A stretch of 64,000 nt of DNA, taken from NCBI GenBank assembly GCA_964291395.2, contig OZ219858.1:1-64000 (forward strand), read 5' to 3'. Shown piece by piece: positions 21,268-32,558 of this stretch. A program made the translations under genes and the position numbers. The notes under the pieces are model-generated. The model did not search any database. It was not told the origin of the DNA and saw only the letters and a program-made list of their open reading frames with translations. The stretch's first letter is position 1; every line of letters starts with the position of its first letter. The DNA is from Alphaproteobacteria bacterium. Its GTDB lineage: Bacteria; Pseudomonadota; Alphaproteobacteria; UBA2966.

Positions 21268-22862
21268 CGGCGCCGAATTATGACCCGGTCAGTCTCAAGA
21301 TCCTCTGGGACCGGCTCGTCAGCATCACCGACGAAGGGGTCTCGGCCCTGATCCGCACCGCCTTCTCGACCGTGGTCCGCGAAGCTTACGACCTCTCGGT
21401 CGTGCTGCTCGACACCGACCGCGAACTTCTGGCCCAGGGCACCCAGTCGATCCCGTCCTTCACGGGCTCGGCCCCCGCGACACTCGCCCACATGCTGGCC
21501 AAATTTCCGCCCGGGAACCTCGCGCCGGGGGACGTGGTGATCACCAACGACCCCTGGATGGGAACGGGCCACACCTACGACATCAATGTCATGGCGCCGG
21601 TATTCCGTGACGGCCGCGTCGTGGCCTACGCCCTCTCCATCACGCACCTGCCCGACATCGGCGGGCAGGGATTCGGCAGCGAAGCCACGGAGATCTACCA
21701 GGAAGGCCTGCGCCTGCCGGTCCTCAAACTGATGCGCGGCGGCCGGCTCGACCAACTGCTCATCGACCTGCTGCGCGTCAACGTCCGCGTGCCCGAGCAG
21801 GTCATCGGCGACGTCATGGCCAACGTCGCCTGCGTGAACGTGCTGGCGCGTCAGCTCAACGCCTTCATGGACGACTATGCCGTCGCCGACATCACGCCCT
21901 TGAGCCGCCAGATCCGCGCCTTCTCGGAACGCGCCATGCGGAGCCGCATCGGCGGGATGCCCGACGGCGCCTACCCGGCCGAAATTACCATTGAGGGCGT
22001 CGAATCTCCGCTGACCCTGCGCTGCGTAGTCACCATCCGGGGCGATACTGTCTCCATCGAATACACCGGCACCGACGCCTGCGTACGCCACGGCATCAAC
22101 GTCCCCTTCTGCTTCACCAACGGCTATTCCATCCACGCCGTGAAGTGCGTCGCCGCCGCCGCAATCCCCAACAACGGAGGTGTGACCCGAGCCATCTCCG
22201 TGAGCGCGCCCGAAGGCTCGATCCTCAATGCCCGGCCGCCCTTCGCCGTGGCGGCCCGCCATTCGGTAGGCTGGTTCCTGCCGACGCTGATCTTCCGAGC
22301 GCTCGCCCCCGCGGTATCCGAGGCCGTGCAGGCGGATTCCGGCATGATCAACATGGTCGGCTTTCGCGGCCTCCACCGCAATGGCCGTCCCGTCACCGCG
22401 CTACATTTCGCCTCCGGCGGCTTCGGTGCCGCGGACGGCAACGACGGCGAGCCGACCCTGTCCACCCCCTCCTCCAACGCGGCGATACCCGTCGAAGTGT
22501 GGGAGGCGGCGACCAGCATCACGATGACGCGGAAGGCCTTGCGCCCGGGCTCCGGCGGCGACGGGGCGGCGCGCGGCGGCCTGGGACAGGAGGTGTTCAT
22601 GCGCAACGACACCGGCCACGACCTCGTCGTCGACGTCATGGGCGTGCGCACCGACTATCCGGCGCAAGGCATGCTCGGCGGGGGAGCCGGGGCCGCCCGG
22701 GAGATTCGCGTCGACGGCCGACAAATCGGCCACAAGGGGCGCTTCGTCCTTGGGCCCGGCGAGACGCTCGAACGCTACGAGGCCGGCGGTGGCGGTTTCG
22801 GCAATCCCGCCGACCGGCCGGCGGACAAGGTTGCCGAGGACCGGCGGCTGGGGTTGGTTTGA
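21264..22862 (+). CDS. hydantoinase B/oxoprolinase family subunit
   Basis: NDPWMGTGH, HLPDIGG, EIYQEGL, GGGGFGNP; ATGA-coupled to subunit A. Confidence 0.92.
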   Translation: MTAPNYDPVSLKILWDRLVSITDEGVSALIRTAFSTVVREAYDLSVVLLDTDRELLAQGTQSIPSFTGSAPATLAHMLAKFPPGNLAPGDVVITNDPWMGTGHTYDINVMAPVFRDGRVVAYALSITHLPDIGGQGFGSEATEIYQEGLRLPVLKLMRGGRLDQLLIDLLRVNVRVPEQVIGDVMANVACVNVLARQLNAFMDDYAVADITPLSRQIRAFSERAMRSRIGGMPDGAYPAEITIEGVESPLTLRCVVTIRGDTVSIEYTGTDACVRHGINVPFCFTNGYSIHAVKCVAAAAIPNNGGVTRAISVSAPEGSILNARPPFAVAARHSVGWFLPTLIFRALAPAVSEAVQADSGMINMVGFRGLHRNGRPVTALHFASGGFGAADGNDGEPTLSTPSSNAAIPVEVWEAATSITMTRKALRPGSGGDGAARGGLGQEVFMRNDTGHDLVVDVMGVRTDYPAQGMLGGGAGAAREIRVDGRQIGHKGRFVLGPGETLERYEAGGGGFGNPADRPADKVAEDRRLGLV

Positions 22863-22907
22863 ATTTGGGTCGGACTTGGGATCCGATCTCGACTGAAGGA
22901 GGTCGCC

Positions 22908-23735
22908 GTGACGCGGATTCGCCGGGGGTTCGTCGATATCGAGGAGGGGCAAGTCCACTACCACGAGGGGGGTGACGGCGACCCGCCGCTCGTCATGATC
23001 CACGGCTCGCCGATCTCGGCGCGCACGCTTCGGCCGTTCATCGAGCGCCTGTCCCCGTCGCGCCGGGTGATCGCCCCCGACACGCTGGGCAACGGACACT
23101 CCAGCCCACCGGGCCCCGCCGAACCGGATCTCCCCTACCTGGCGGACGCCCACCTGCGGGCCCTCGATACCCTCGGCGTCGGTACGTTCCACCTCTATGG
23201 CCATCACACCGGTGCCAAGATCGCCGTCGAAATCGCCATAGCCCGCCCCGACCGCGTCGGCAAGGTGATCCTCGACGGCTCGTCCGTGCGCTCGGCCGCC
23301 GATGCCGACGTGCTGCTCTCGGGCATCAAACCGATCGAAGTGGACGACGACGGCACGCACCTGCTGCGCGCCTGGCACATGGTGCGGGACGCCTACCTGT
23401 TCTTTCCCTGGTGGAACCATCGGGCGGACGCCCGCCGCGAGCTCGGCCTGCCCGACACGGCGACGCTGCACGAGGAAACGGTAGACATGCTGGCGTGCAT
23501 CCGCACCTATGATCTCGTCTACGGCGCCGCCTTCCGCCATTCCCTGCGCGAACGGCTCCCGCGCCTGACGATGCCCGTGCTTGTCGCGGCGGCGGAGAGC
23601 GATCAGCTCTACGGCGAGATCGACGACGTCGCCGCGCTGGTGCCGGATGCCGAGACCGCCCGCCTGCCCTCGCGCCGCGACGCCGCCGGCTGGGACGCGG
23701 CGGCGGACGCGTTCGCGGCATTCCTCGACGAGTAA
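22908..23735 (+). CDS. alpha/beta hydrolase fold protein (GHHTG elbow)
   Basis: LVMIHGSP, IAPDTLGNG, YGHHTGA. Confidence 0.8.
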   Translation: MTRIRRGFVDIEEGQVHYHEGGDGDPPLVMIHGSPISARTLRPFIERLSPSRRVIAPDTLGNGHSSPPGPAEPDLPYLADAHLRALDTLGVGTFHLYGHHTGAKIAVEIAIARPDRVGKVILDGSSVRSAADADVLLSGIKPIEVDDDGTHLLRAWHMVRDAYLFFPWWNHRADARRELGLPDTATLHEETVDMLACIRTYDLVYGAAFRHSLRERLPRLTMPVLVAAAESDQLYGEIDDVAALVPDAETARLPSRRDAAGWDAAADAFAAFLDE

Positions 23736-23870
23736 AACAGCACCACTCTTCCCGAGAATTGCTCCCTCTCCGCTCATGAGCACGGGGAGAGGAGGACCCC
23801 GAGGGCGCGAACGGGAGGGGTGTTTGGTATAGTTGCCTCCGATCCAGCCCCTGCCCCACGGAGTACTCCC

Positions 23871-24908
23871 ATGTCGGAACCCGCCCGTCTCACCCTCGAC
23901 GAAGTCCACGCGCTGGCCATGGAGATCTTCGCCGCTCATGGGCTGTCCGAGGACCAAGCCACGGCCGTCGCCGACACGGTCACCGCCGCCGAACGCGACG
24001 ACTGCAAATCACACGGTCTCTTCCGCGTGCCGGGCTACATGGCTTCCGTGAAGAGTGGGAAGGTCACCCCTGACGCCGTGCCGGCAGTGCACCACCTGGC
24101 GCCGGGGGTCGTGCAGGTCGACGCGCGCAACGGCTTCGCCCCCCTCGCATTGAAAGTCGGCCGCGAGCCGTTGGCCGGGAAGGCCCGCGAGCAGGGCATC
24201 GCCGTGCTGGCGCTCGTCAACGGCTATCACTTCGCCGCGTTGTGGCCGGAGACCGAAGCGCTCGCCGAGCAAGGACTGGTCGCTTTCGCCTGTACCAGTT
24301 ACATGCCTTGCGTGGCGCCGGCAGGCGGGACCCGCCCTCTCTACGGCACCAACCCGATAGCCTTTTCCTGGCCGCGGGGGGAGGGCAAGCCGCCGATGGT
24401 GTTCGACCAGGCGACCGCCGCCAGCGCCCGGGGCGAGATCATGATTCACGAGCGCGACGGCAAGCCCATTCCGGAAGGCTGGGCCATCGATCCGGACGGC
24501 AACCCCACCACCGACCCGGCGGCAGCCCTCGCGGGCGCGCAACTGCCGTTCGGAGGCTACAAGGGGGCGGCGGTCGCTCTGATGGTGGAGCTGCTGGCCG
24601 GCGCCCTGATCGGTGACGTCTTCAGCTACGAGGCGGGCGGGCGGGACAACGGCGACGGCGGGCCGTCAAAGGGCGGCGAGTTCATGTTCGCCATCGATCC
24701 GGCGCGCTGCACGGGGGGCGATGGAAGCGACAAGGGACGCGCGGCCCAGCTCACCCACGCTGAGGGCATATTCGAAAAGATCCTCGGGCAGGACGGCGCG
24801 CGCCTGCCTTCGGACCGCCGCTACACGGCACGCCTGCGCACACCTGCAGAGGGCATCACGATCCCGCGGTCGCTTTACGACACGTTGATGGAACTGAAGG
24901 CGGGGTAA
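23871..24908 (+). CDS. Ldh_2 (malate/L-lactate dehydrogenase type 2) family oxidoreductase, DpkA/ComC-like
   Basis: SHGLFR, HFAALWPE, GTNPIAFSWP, PFGGYKG. Confidence 0.85.
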   Translation: MSEPARLTLDEVHALAMEIFAAHGLSEDQATAVADTVTAAERDDCKSHGLFRVPGYMASVKSGKVTPDAVPAVHHLAPGVVQVDARNGFAPLALKVGREPLAGKAREQGIAVLALVNGYHFAALWPETEALAEQGLVAFACTSYMPCVAPAGGTRPLYGTNPIAFSWPRGEGKPPMVFDQATAASARGEIMIHERDGKPIPEGWAIDPDGNPTTDPAAALAGAQLPFGGYKGAAVALMVELLAGALIGDVFSYEAGGRDNGDGGPSKGGEFMFAIDPARCTGGDGSDKGRAAQLTHAEGIFEKILGQDGARLPSDRRYTARLRTPAEGITIPRSLYDTLMELKAG

Positions 24909-24981
24909 GTAAGTTTTCCGACAGGAAACCACTCACGCGTTGGGGAGGAACCGGCGTGGGTGTCGAACCCCGCGGTCGCCG

Positions 24982-26004
24982 CTATCCACCAGGCCCGACA
25001 CCCATGTCAGATGCGACCTGCATCGATTTCGCGATCTTCAGGCGCCGATGCTCGCCGGCCCGCACGGGCGGGTATTTGGGCGGCGCATCCGGGCCCGTGC
25101 AGGTCGGGATGCATTCCATCAGCGTGTCGTGGTTGGGGTTCACGAAGTAGAGCAGGGAGAGCCGGTCCGCGGCCGTCCCGGTACCGGAAGGGGGATTGGC
25201 GACGCGGTGGAGAGCCGAGGGCCACAGGTCGTTGGTCCAGTGGCTCAGCAGGTCACCGGCGTTGACGACGAAGCCGCCGGGCACCGCCGGGACGTCCACC
25301 CATTCACCGCACGGCCTGCGGAACTGGAGACCGCCAGGAACATCCTCGAGCCGCAGGATGGTGAGCGCCGTGTAGTCCGTGTGCGCACCGGCGCGGAACT
25401 GCCCCACCGCCGGGTCCGTCTCCTGAGGCGGGTACCAGGTGGCGCGAAAGGTGCTGCAATGGCGGTCGAACTTGTCGTCAAACCAATTCTCGTCAAGACC
25501 CAGCCCCAGCGCGCAGAGACGCATGAGGTCGCTCGCCAATCCTTCGAATGCCCGGTAGGCGGCTTCCAACGCCGAACGGAATCCCGGCAGGCCCGATGGC
25601 CAGCGGTTGGGGGCGAAAGCCAGCCGTCCGAGGCCTTCCGTTACGTAGGCATCCCCGCCGGGACTAGGATGCCCCATGACGAAGGACTCCTTGAGGTCCG
25701 GTGGCGACGCTTCGTCGAGGGTGTAGGACACTGTCTCATCGCCGATGCCGATGTAGCCGCGAAAGGCACCGCCGAGATCGCTGCGGAGTGCCCGCTTGGA
25801 CTTGAGCGGAAGCCCGAAGAAGGCGCGGGAAACCCGGGCGGCCTCGTCGAGCGATCCGTCGTCGAGCCCATGTCCGGTGACGATCATGAAGCCGCCGTGC
25901 CCGAGCGCCCGGGCGATCTCCGCCGACACCTCCGCTCTGGCCGCAACCGGCCCCTCCGGGGCGGAGCCGAGATCGATGATCGGGACGGGCTCGGGTGTGT
26001 TCAC
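24982..26004 (-). CDS. isopenicillin N synthase-like 2OG-Fe(II) oxygenase
   Basis: VPIIDL, HTD, HRV and RLS motifs. Confidence 0.88.
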   Translation of the reverse strand: MNTPEPVPIIDLGSAPEGPVAARAEVSAEIARALGHGGFMIVTGHGLDDGSLDEAARVSRAFFGLPLKSKRALRSDLGGAFRGYIGIGDETVSYTLDEASPPDLKESFVMGHPSPGGDAYVTEGLGRLAFAPNRWPSGLPGFRSALEAAYRAFEGLASDLMRLCALGLGLDENWFDDKFDRHCSTFRATWYPPQETDPAVGQFRAGAHTDYTALTILRLEDVPGGLQFRRPCGEWVDVPAVPGGFVVNAGDLLSHWTNDLWPSALHRVANPPSGTGTAADRLSLLYFVNPNHDTLMECIPTCTGPDAPPKYPPVRAGEHRRLKIAKSMQVASDMGVGPGG

Positions 26005-26178
26005 GAGCCAAATTGTCGCGGGCCCCGAGTGTCCGGGCAAGGCCCACGAGGCCGTTGGACAGCCGTCGCCATGACAGCTTCCATCACCGCATGCTGATGT
26101 CGGGCCAATTGCCCCTATCCTCATCTTCTCTTCGCGCGGTGAGCGTCGAAACCTAGTTCCCCGCCCCCGGTCGGGGGG

Positions 26179-27054
26179 TCAAGAGGGGGGTGGATCTTCT
26201 TCCGCGTACCAGTCCAGGATCTCGTCGCCGGTCATGAATATCGTGTCGTCACGCGCGAGCAGCAAGTCGACGACCTCGGCGTAGTACGGAAAGCGATGAG
26301 GCACGGCACACTGATGGGGGTGCGTGGCGAGCGTCAGCACCCGTGGCTGCCCGGCCAACTCGTCATCGAAGGTCCTGAGCGTGTCCTTGAAACGCTGCAG
26401 CACCTCGGACGAGGACTGCTTCTCCACGGCGTAGATCATGGCATCGTTGAGCTCGAACCCGTAAGGGATGGAGAGCAATGGACCGTGTTCGGTGGTCATC
26501 CAGCAGGGCAGATCGTCGAGCACCCAGTCGAGCACGTACTCGATGCCCGCGGCCCGCAGGTAATCGGGCGTATCGAAGGTTTCCGCGAAGCCCGGCCCCA
26601 TCCAGCCGCGCGGGCGCGCTCCGGTGAAATCGGCGATGCGGTCGATCGCCTTGTTGATGGCGCCCTCCTCGTCCTCCTCGTTGTGGAGGATGCGCTGCAG
26701 GAAGCCGTGGCCGATGAACCTCCAGCCCGCCGCCTTCATGGCCTGAGCGAGGGAGGGGTACTGGTCGATGACAGCGGCGTTGATGTTGACGCCCACCGGA
26801 ACCTTGCGGTCGGCGAACAGCTTGAGGAGCCGAGGCATCCCGCAGCGGAGCCCGTATTCCGCCCAGCTGTAATTCGGAATATCGGGCCGGGGATCGAGGC
26901 CGTGCGGGATGGTGAGAGCCTTCCGGGGCATCGACTGGTCGAACGGCCAATATTCGACGTTGACGATGATCTGCACGATCAGCGGCTTGCCCGTCGGCGG
27001 GTCGATCCGGGGACGCTCGCTCGACATCTGGAAGGGAATGCGTGGGTTCGTCAT
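26179..27054 (-). CDS. polysaccharide deacetylase family protein (PuuE allantoinase-like)
   Basis: NVEYW, YSWAEYGLRCG, PRGWMGPG, DDLP, HPH. Confidence 0.85.
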   Translation of the reverse strand: MTNPRIPFQMSSERPRIDPPTGKPLIVQIIVNVEYWPFDQSMPRKALTIPHGLDPRPDIPNYSWAEYGLRCGMPRLLKLFADRKVPVGVNINAAVIDQYPSLAQAMKAAGWRFIGHGFLQRILHNEEDEEGAINKAIDRIADFTGARPRGWMGPGFAETFDTPDYLRAAGIEYVLDWVLDDLPCWMTTEHGPLLSIPYGFELNDAMIYAVEKQSSSEVLQRFKDTLRTFDDELAGQPRVLTLATHPHQCAVPHRFPYYAEVVDLLLARDDTIFMTGDEILDWYAEEDPPPS

Positions 27055-27181
27055 GGCTGTCTCCCTGGAAATTGCTCCTGCATTCTACCCTCACCCCGAT
27101 GCCCTCCCTACAAGGGAAGGGACCTTTGCGCCGGCCACGCAGGCAGGCGGGAAGCGGGCGGCGGCGGCGAATGTAGGAAAC

Positions 27182-28411
27182 TTAGGTCCATATCTCTCTC
27201 CGCCAGCGGACGGCGATCACCGCCGTGAGAGCGAGACCCGCCAGCGAACCCAGTGTCATCGCCGGCACGAAGCCGAAGGAATCGATGAAAAAGCCATAAC
27301 CGAGCAGCCCCGTGGGCAGGCCATAGACGGCGAGGATGCGCACGCCCATGACGCGGCCGCGGAAGGCCTCCGGCGTCACTCGCAGGAGGATGACCGCCAG
27401 CGCGATCATGCCGATGTTCTGCACCGCGCCGATGATCATGAGCATGACGATCCCCGGCAGCTTCGCTTCCTGAACGCCGAAGACCAGGATCCCGAGATAC
27501 CAGGCGGCGATGCTGAGCACCATGAACTTGCCGACGCGCGTGGGCCCGCCGGTCACGGTCATGGCCAGCGAGCCGATCAGCGACCCCGCCGCGAACGACG
27601 CCACCAGGTGGCCGAGGCCGATCTGATCGATGGCGTAGATCTCCTTGGCCACGTGCGGCAGCAAGCCCATGGTCACCGGGAACGCGAGCAGGTTCACGAG
27701 GAAAGCGAGGATCATCAACGCCAACACGGTTGGCGAGTGCCAGACGAAGGTGATTCCTTCCTTGAATTCGTGCCAGGCACCCAAAGCCGCGGCCGGCGGG
27801 CCGATGACGGCGCGGCGCGGGGCGGAAACCTGAAACGTCAGCAGGAGGCCGACCGCGTAGAAGGCCGTGACGAAGACGTAGGCCGAACCGATGCCGAGTG
27901 CGGCGAACAGGCCCGCCCCTGCCAGCGCCCCGGCGATGCGCGCCGTGTCCCAGGTCATGCGGTTGAGGCCCATGGCGGCGGCCAACGCGCCAGGCGGTAT
28001 GGTGTCGCCGATCAGGGCGTTGCGCATCGACCAATCCGAGGGGCGCGCCAAGCCGGCAAGGAAGGCGATGACGAGAACCGCCCAGGCGGTGAGCGCGTCG
28101 GCGAAGGCAAGGACCATGAGCGTGCCGGCCAGCGCCATGTAACTCGTCCGGGTACAGCAGAGCAGGGCACGGCGGCCGATGCGGTCAGCAACGACGCCGA
28201 TCAGGGGCGCGATCAGCGTGCCGACGTACTGAAGCGAGGCGAACACCGTGAGCCAGAGCACCGATCCCGTCTCCACCAGCACGTACCAGCCGAGGATCAG
28301 AGTCTCCATCTCGAAGGCCCAGGACGTCAGCATGTCGGCCGGCCATTGAAAGCGGTAGCTGCGCACCCGGAAAGGCGCCAGCGCCGGCGCGGTGTCGAGC
28401 CGGATCAGCAT
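27182..28411 (-). CDS. MFS transporter
   Basis: GVVADRIGRR motif A, FRGRVMG, about 12 hydrophobic segments. Confidence 0.88.
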   Translation of the reverse strand: MLIRLDTAPALAPFRVRSYRFQWPADMLTSWAFEMETLILGWYVLVETGSVLWLTVFASLQYVGTLIAPLIGVVADRIGRRALLCCTRTSYMALAGTLMVLAFADALTAWAVLVIAFLAGLARPSDWSMRNALIGDTIPPGALAAAMGLNRMTWDTARIAGALAGAGLFAALGIGSAYVFVTAFYAVGLLLTFQVSAPRRAVIGPPAAALGAWHEFKEGITFVWHSPTVLALMILAFLVNLLAFPVTMGLLPHVAKEIYAIDQIGLGHLVASFAAGSLIGSLAMTVTGGPTRVGKFMVLSIAAWYLGILVFGVQEAKLPGIVMLMIIGAVQNIGMIALAVILLRVTPEAFRGRVMGVRILAVYGLPTGLLGYGFFIDSFGFVPAMTLGSLAGLALTAVIAVRWRREIWT

Positions 28412-28502
28412 CCGTCCTCTTCCGTCAAGGCTCCGGAGGACAGGCCTCAATCCCCCCTCGGGCCGGGGGAGGGAGATGCTTGGGATGCGGGACTGGCGTA
28501 CC

Positions 28503-29177
28503 TCACGCGCCCGGAATCTCGTGCTTGGGGGCGCCGTCGGGATCGACGGCGCGGGCCACGAAGCCGGCCGCTTCCGGCTCGAACGCCTCCCACACCCGCC
28601 GCAGCTCGGCGATCGGCGTCTCGTGAAGATCGACCCGCAAGTCGATGAGCGGCCAGTCGAGTTCGTCCGCCACCAAGAGATGAGCCGAGCGCTCCGCGTT
28701 AGCCTCCCCGCCTTTCGCGAGTCCCGCTTCCAGCGCCAGCAAGAGGCGCTCGCCGAGGTGCAGGTTCGCGTCCGCGGCATCGAACCCGTCCACCGTGGCC
28801 TGGGGCACGTCCGCGCTCGAGAGCACGTTTCCGCCGGCGACACAGTGGATGGTCTCGGCGCAGAGATGGATGCCGAGGCAGCTGTCGCCATCGTAATGGG
28901 CCGTGCCTCCCCTGCGGTCGACGACCATGATCTGGCGCCAGGCGATGCCGTGCCCGACCGACACCAGGTGGTCGACGGTCGCTTGAGCGTCCCTGCCGTC
29001 CGTCAGTGTCTGGAGGGCGACGGGCCCGAGGCTGGGATCGGCGTAGTTCTGGATCAGGGCCGCCCCGGTCTTGGCCTTGACCCAGGAGCAACGGGCGCCG
29101 ACGGCGAGGCTCGACGTCGACACGCAGACCCCGAACATGCCCGTACGCGCGCAGTATCCGGCAACCGAGAACGTCAT
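28503..29177 (-). CDS. DUF1028 (Ntn-hydrolase-like) protein
   Basis: MTFSV..SSLAVGARC..GNVL..DLRVD. Confidence 0.85.
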   Translation of the reverse strand: MTFSVAGYCARTGMFGVCVSTSSLAVGARCSWVKAKTGAALIQNYADPSLGPVALQTLTDGRDAQATVDHLVSVGHGIAWRQIMVVDRRGGTAHYDGDSCLGIHLCAETIHCVAGGNVLSSADVPQATVDGFDAADANLHLGERLLLALEAGLAKGGEANAERSAHLLVADELDWPLIDLRVDLHETPIAELRRVWEAFEPEAAGFVARAVDPDGAPKHEIPGA

Positions 29178-29200
29178 GGCATTTCCTCCCTTGCCCATCG

Positions 29201-29223
29201 GAGTCGGACCTGGGGTCCGACCT
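29201..29223. repeat. short palindromic intergenic repeat
   Basis: GAGTCGGACCTGGGGTCCGACC. Confidence 0.55.
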
Positions 29224-29280
29224 TGCTCTGATACTTCCAGTTGTACGCGCTAGACTTGCCAAAAAACAGGGAGACCCCAC

Positions 29281-30192
29281 ATGCGCGCACCATCCGACTT
29301 CACCCACCACTTCGCCGAGCTTGACCGGCTCAAGCTGCACTACGTGCGCGAGGGCGACCCGGATCGCCTTACACTCTTCCTGCTCCACGGCTGGCCGGAG
29401 TTCTGGTACACGTACCACCGCAACATCGGTTCCCTGGCCGAGCACTTCGACGTCATCGCGCCGGATATCCGGGGCTTCGGCGAGTCGGACGATCCCTGCG
29501 GCGTGCCTGCGGTCGAGGACTTTACGCTCGACATCGTGGCACTGGCGGACCATCTGGGAATCGAGCGGTTCGGTACGGTTGGCCACGATATCGGCGCCTG
29601 GATCGCCCAGGAGCTCGGCCGCCGGCTGCCAGACCGTGTGGTAGGATTGTTCTTCGGGAGCTGCGTCAATCTGGGCGTGGGCGCACGCTGGGCCGAGCCC
29701 GACCACCACATCGAGGTCTGGTACCAGAGCTTTCATCGCCTGCCCTGGGCGCACGACCTCGTCGGCCACGACCGCGACACCGTGCGCCTCTATTTCGGCC
29801 ATTTCCTGCGCCATTGGTCCCACGACAAGGCTGGCCGCGAGGCCGACCTCGAGCACTTCGTCGACGCCTATGCCGCGCCCGGGCGCGTCGAGGCGAGCTT
29901 CAAGTGGTACAAATCCTGGGCCGAGCTGCGCTTACAGGCCTCACGCGAAGGGCCGCCCAAGCTGCCCAAGATCGCCTCTCCCGCGCGGGTGTTCTGGGGC
30001 GAGCTCGATCCGCCCAACAAGGTGGAATGGCGAGACGGCCTGATGAACTATTTCGATAACATCGACGTGCATACCGTGCCGGACGCCGGTCACTTCGTCC
30101 ACTACGACCAGCCCGACCTCTTCAACGCCGAGTGCATCAAGTTCTTCAAGGAACTGACGCCCTTCACCGGGACTCGAGAGCCGCGTCGATGA
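29281..30192 (+). CDS. epoxide hydrolase / haloacetate dehalogenase-like alpha/beta hydrolase
   Basis: HGWPE, GHDIGA (Asp nucleophile), AGHFVH. Confidence 0.85.
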   Translation: MRAPSDFTHHFAELDRLKLHYVREGDPDRLTLFLLHGWPEFWYTYHRNIGSLAEHFDVIAPDIRGFGESDDPCGVPAVEDFTLDIVALADHLGIERFGTVGHDIGAWIAQELGRRLPDRVVGLFFGSCVNLGVGARWAEPDHHIEVWYQSFHRLPWAHDLVGHDRDTVRLYFGHFLRHWSHDKAGREADLEHFVDAYAAPGRVEASFKWYKSWAELRLQASREGPPKLPKIASPARVFWGELDPPNKVEWRDGLMNYFDNIDVHTVPDAGHFVHYDQPDLFNAECIKFFKELTPFTGTREPRR

Positions 30193-32555
30193 GTTCGGCA
30201 ATGCGGCTCGGCTTGAGCGGGTTGGTGTTGACGTTGGCGCCGATGCCGGCGAGCGCGTCGGCGATGGCATTGGTCAGCGCCGGCACTCCGCCGATCACGC
30301 CGCCCTCTCCCAAGCCCTTGAATCCGCCGGGATTCTCGTCAGTGATCGACTGGATGTGCTCGACGTCGATCATCGGCACGTCAAGTGCCGTCGGCAGCGA
30401 ATATTCAAGCAAGGTGGCGTTCTGAAGTTGGCCCGCATCGTCGTAGACGAGCTCTTCCATCAGCACTTCGCCCAGCGCCTGCACGGTACCACCGTGGATC
30501 TGCCCGTCGACAATCATCGGATTGATGACGCGTCCGCAGTCGTGCACCACGACGTAGCGTTCCACCTCGACCGTACCGTCCGCCGGTTCGATGGCCACAG
30601 CAGCGACGTGCACCGCGTTCGAGATCGTCGGCATGCCGGCGTCATAGTGGTCGGTCGCCTCGAGACCGTAGTCGTCGCCCTCAGGCATGACATGGGGCGT
30701 CAGGGAATAGGCCACTTCGGCGATCTCGCGCACGGTCATGCGCATGTCGGGCACGCCCTGGACCATGGCGACGCCGTTTTCGATGACGATGTCGTCGGCG
30801 CTGACCTCGAGCACGTGGGCGGCGATGCGCTTCATCTTCTCGGCCACCACGAGGCAGGCCCGAACCGCCGCGCCGCCGCCGGTGACCGTCCCGCGGCTCG
30901 CGAAGGTGTTGGTGCCCTCGGGCGTCAGGCCGGTATCGCCGACCACGATGGACACGTCTTCGAAAGGCACGGCGAGCTGGTCGGCGACGATCTGCGCGAA
31001 AGAGGTGTGGTAGCCCTGGCCGCACGCGGCGTGGCTAATGAAGGCCTTGACCTTGCCGTCGGAGGCAACCCGAACGAGCGCGCCGTCGAAGCCCGGCAGA
31101 ACGGACCAGCCCCGTGCCCGGACGGCGGCGACACCCATGCCCGAGTTCTCGGTATAGCAGCAGATGCCGATGCCCCGGTACTTGCCGTCGACCAGGCGGT
31201 CGGCCGGCTGACTGGCCCGGAACTCCTCGTAGCCGATCATCTCCAGCGCGCGCTCGAGGGATTCGGAATAGCTGCCGGTGCGATAGTGCGTGCCCACCGC
31301 GGTCGTGTACGGGAGCTGCTCGGGCTTTATGAGATTGCGTCGTCGCACCTCCGCCGGATCGATGCCGATCTCACGGGCGATGCGGTCCATCATGCCTTCG
31401 ATGGCCAGCATGGCGGTGGGCTGCGCCGTACCGCGGTAGGCACCGGCCGGGCAGGTGTGGCTTGCCACCGCGCGGGTCTCGTAACCGTAGTTGCGAATGT
31501 GATAAGGCCCGAGGACGAACCGCACGCCACCGACCGACTCCAAGGTCGCGCCGAAGGGATAGGACGAATAAGCGCCGGCGTTGGCCATCATGTTGCAGCG
31601 CATGGCGACGATGACCCCATCCCCATCGATGCCGGCCTCCACGGTGTAGATGTGCTCGCGGGCATGGATGTTGGTGAGCAGCTCTTCGCGCCGGTCCTGG
31701 ATCCACTTCACGGGCCGCCCGTATTTCAGCGCCAGCGCCGGACAGACCAGCTCCTCCGGATAGAAGTGCGCCTTCGTACCGAAGCCGCCGCCGACATCGG
31801 GCGTGATCACGCGGATGCCCGATTCCGGATGCCCGAGCAGCTTGGCCAAGGCCGTTTTCACGACGTTGGGGATCTGCGTCGCCGTCCACATCGTCAATTC
31901 CTCGCCCGCCCGGCCGGTAGTGGCGAGACAACCCCGCGGCTCCATCGGCACGCCGGCGATGCGGCCGGTCCGGAAGGTCTCTTTGATGATGCGGGTGGCG
32001 TCCGTAAAGGCCTCGTCGAGGCCCTCGGTGGCGAATGTCGATTCGAGTACGACGTTGGTGCCGAGTTCCTCGTGAACCAGCGGCGCATCATCGCGCGCCG
32101 CACTCTCGAGATCCACGGCGGCCGGCAGGGGATCGTACGTGACGAGGACCCGTTCCACCCCGTCCTCGGCCACGTAAGGGATTTTCGGCCACGACCACGG
32201 CGACCGCCTCACCGACGAAACGCACCTTCTCGCGGGCGACGGCATCACGGGTGGTATCGCGGTGGCCCTCGAGCAGGAAGCCGGTGTGGATCGGCCGGGT
32301 CAATCGAGCGATATCCTCGCCGGTAAGCACGTCGATGACGCCCGGGAGCGCCAAGGCCTCCTCCGCGTCAATCAAGACGATGCGGGCGTGGGCCTCGGAG
32401 CTCAGGACGAAACCGAGGTGGAGGGTGTTGGAAGGTTCGGGAACGTCGTCGATGTAGCAGCCCTGGCCCGTGAGCAACCAGGCGTCCTCGCGGCGGGGGA
32501 TGCTCCGGCCGACGATCTTCCAGGAATCGTCGCCCGGCCTGTCTGGAACGGCCAT
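30164..32555 (-). CDS. xanthine dehydrogenase/CoxL-family molybdopterin large subunit, one apparent frameshift near 32180
   Basis: RREDAWLLTGQGCYIDD N-terminus; MEPRG, VGGGFGTK, AYRG, GQIHGG, KGLGE. Confidence 0.88.
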
Positions 32556-32558
32556 GGC

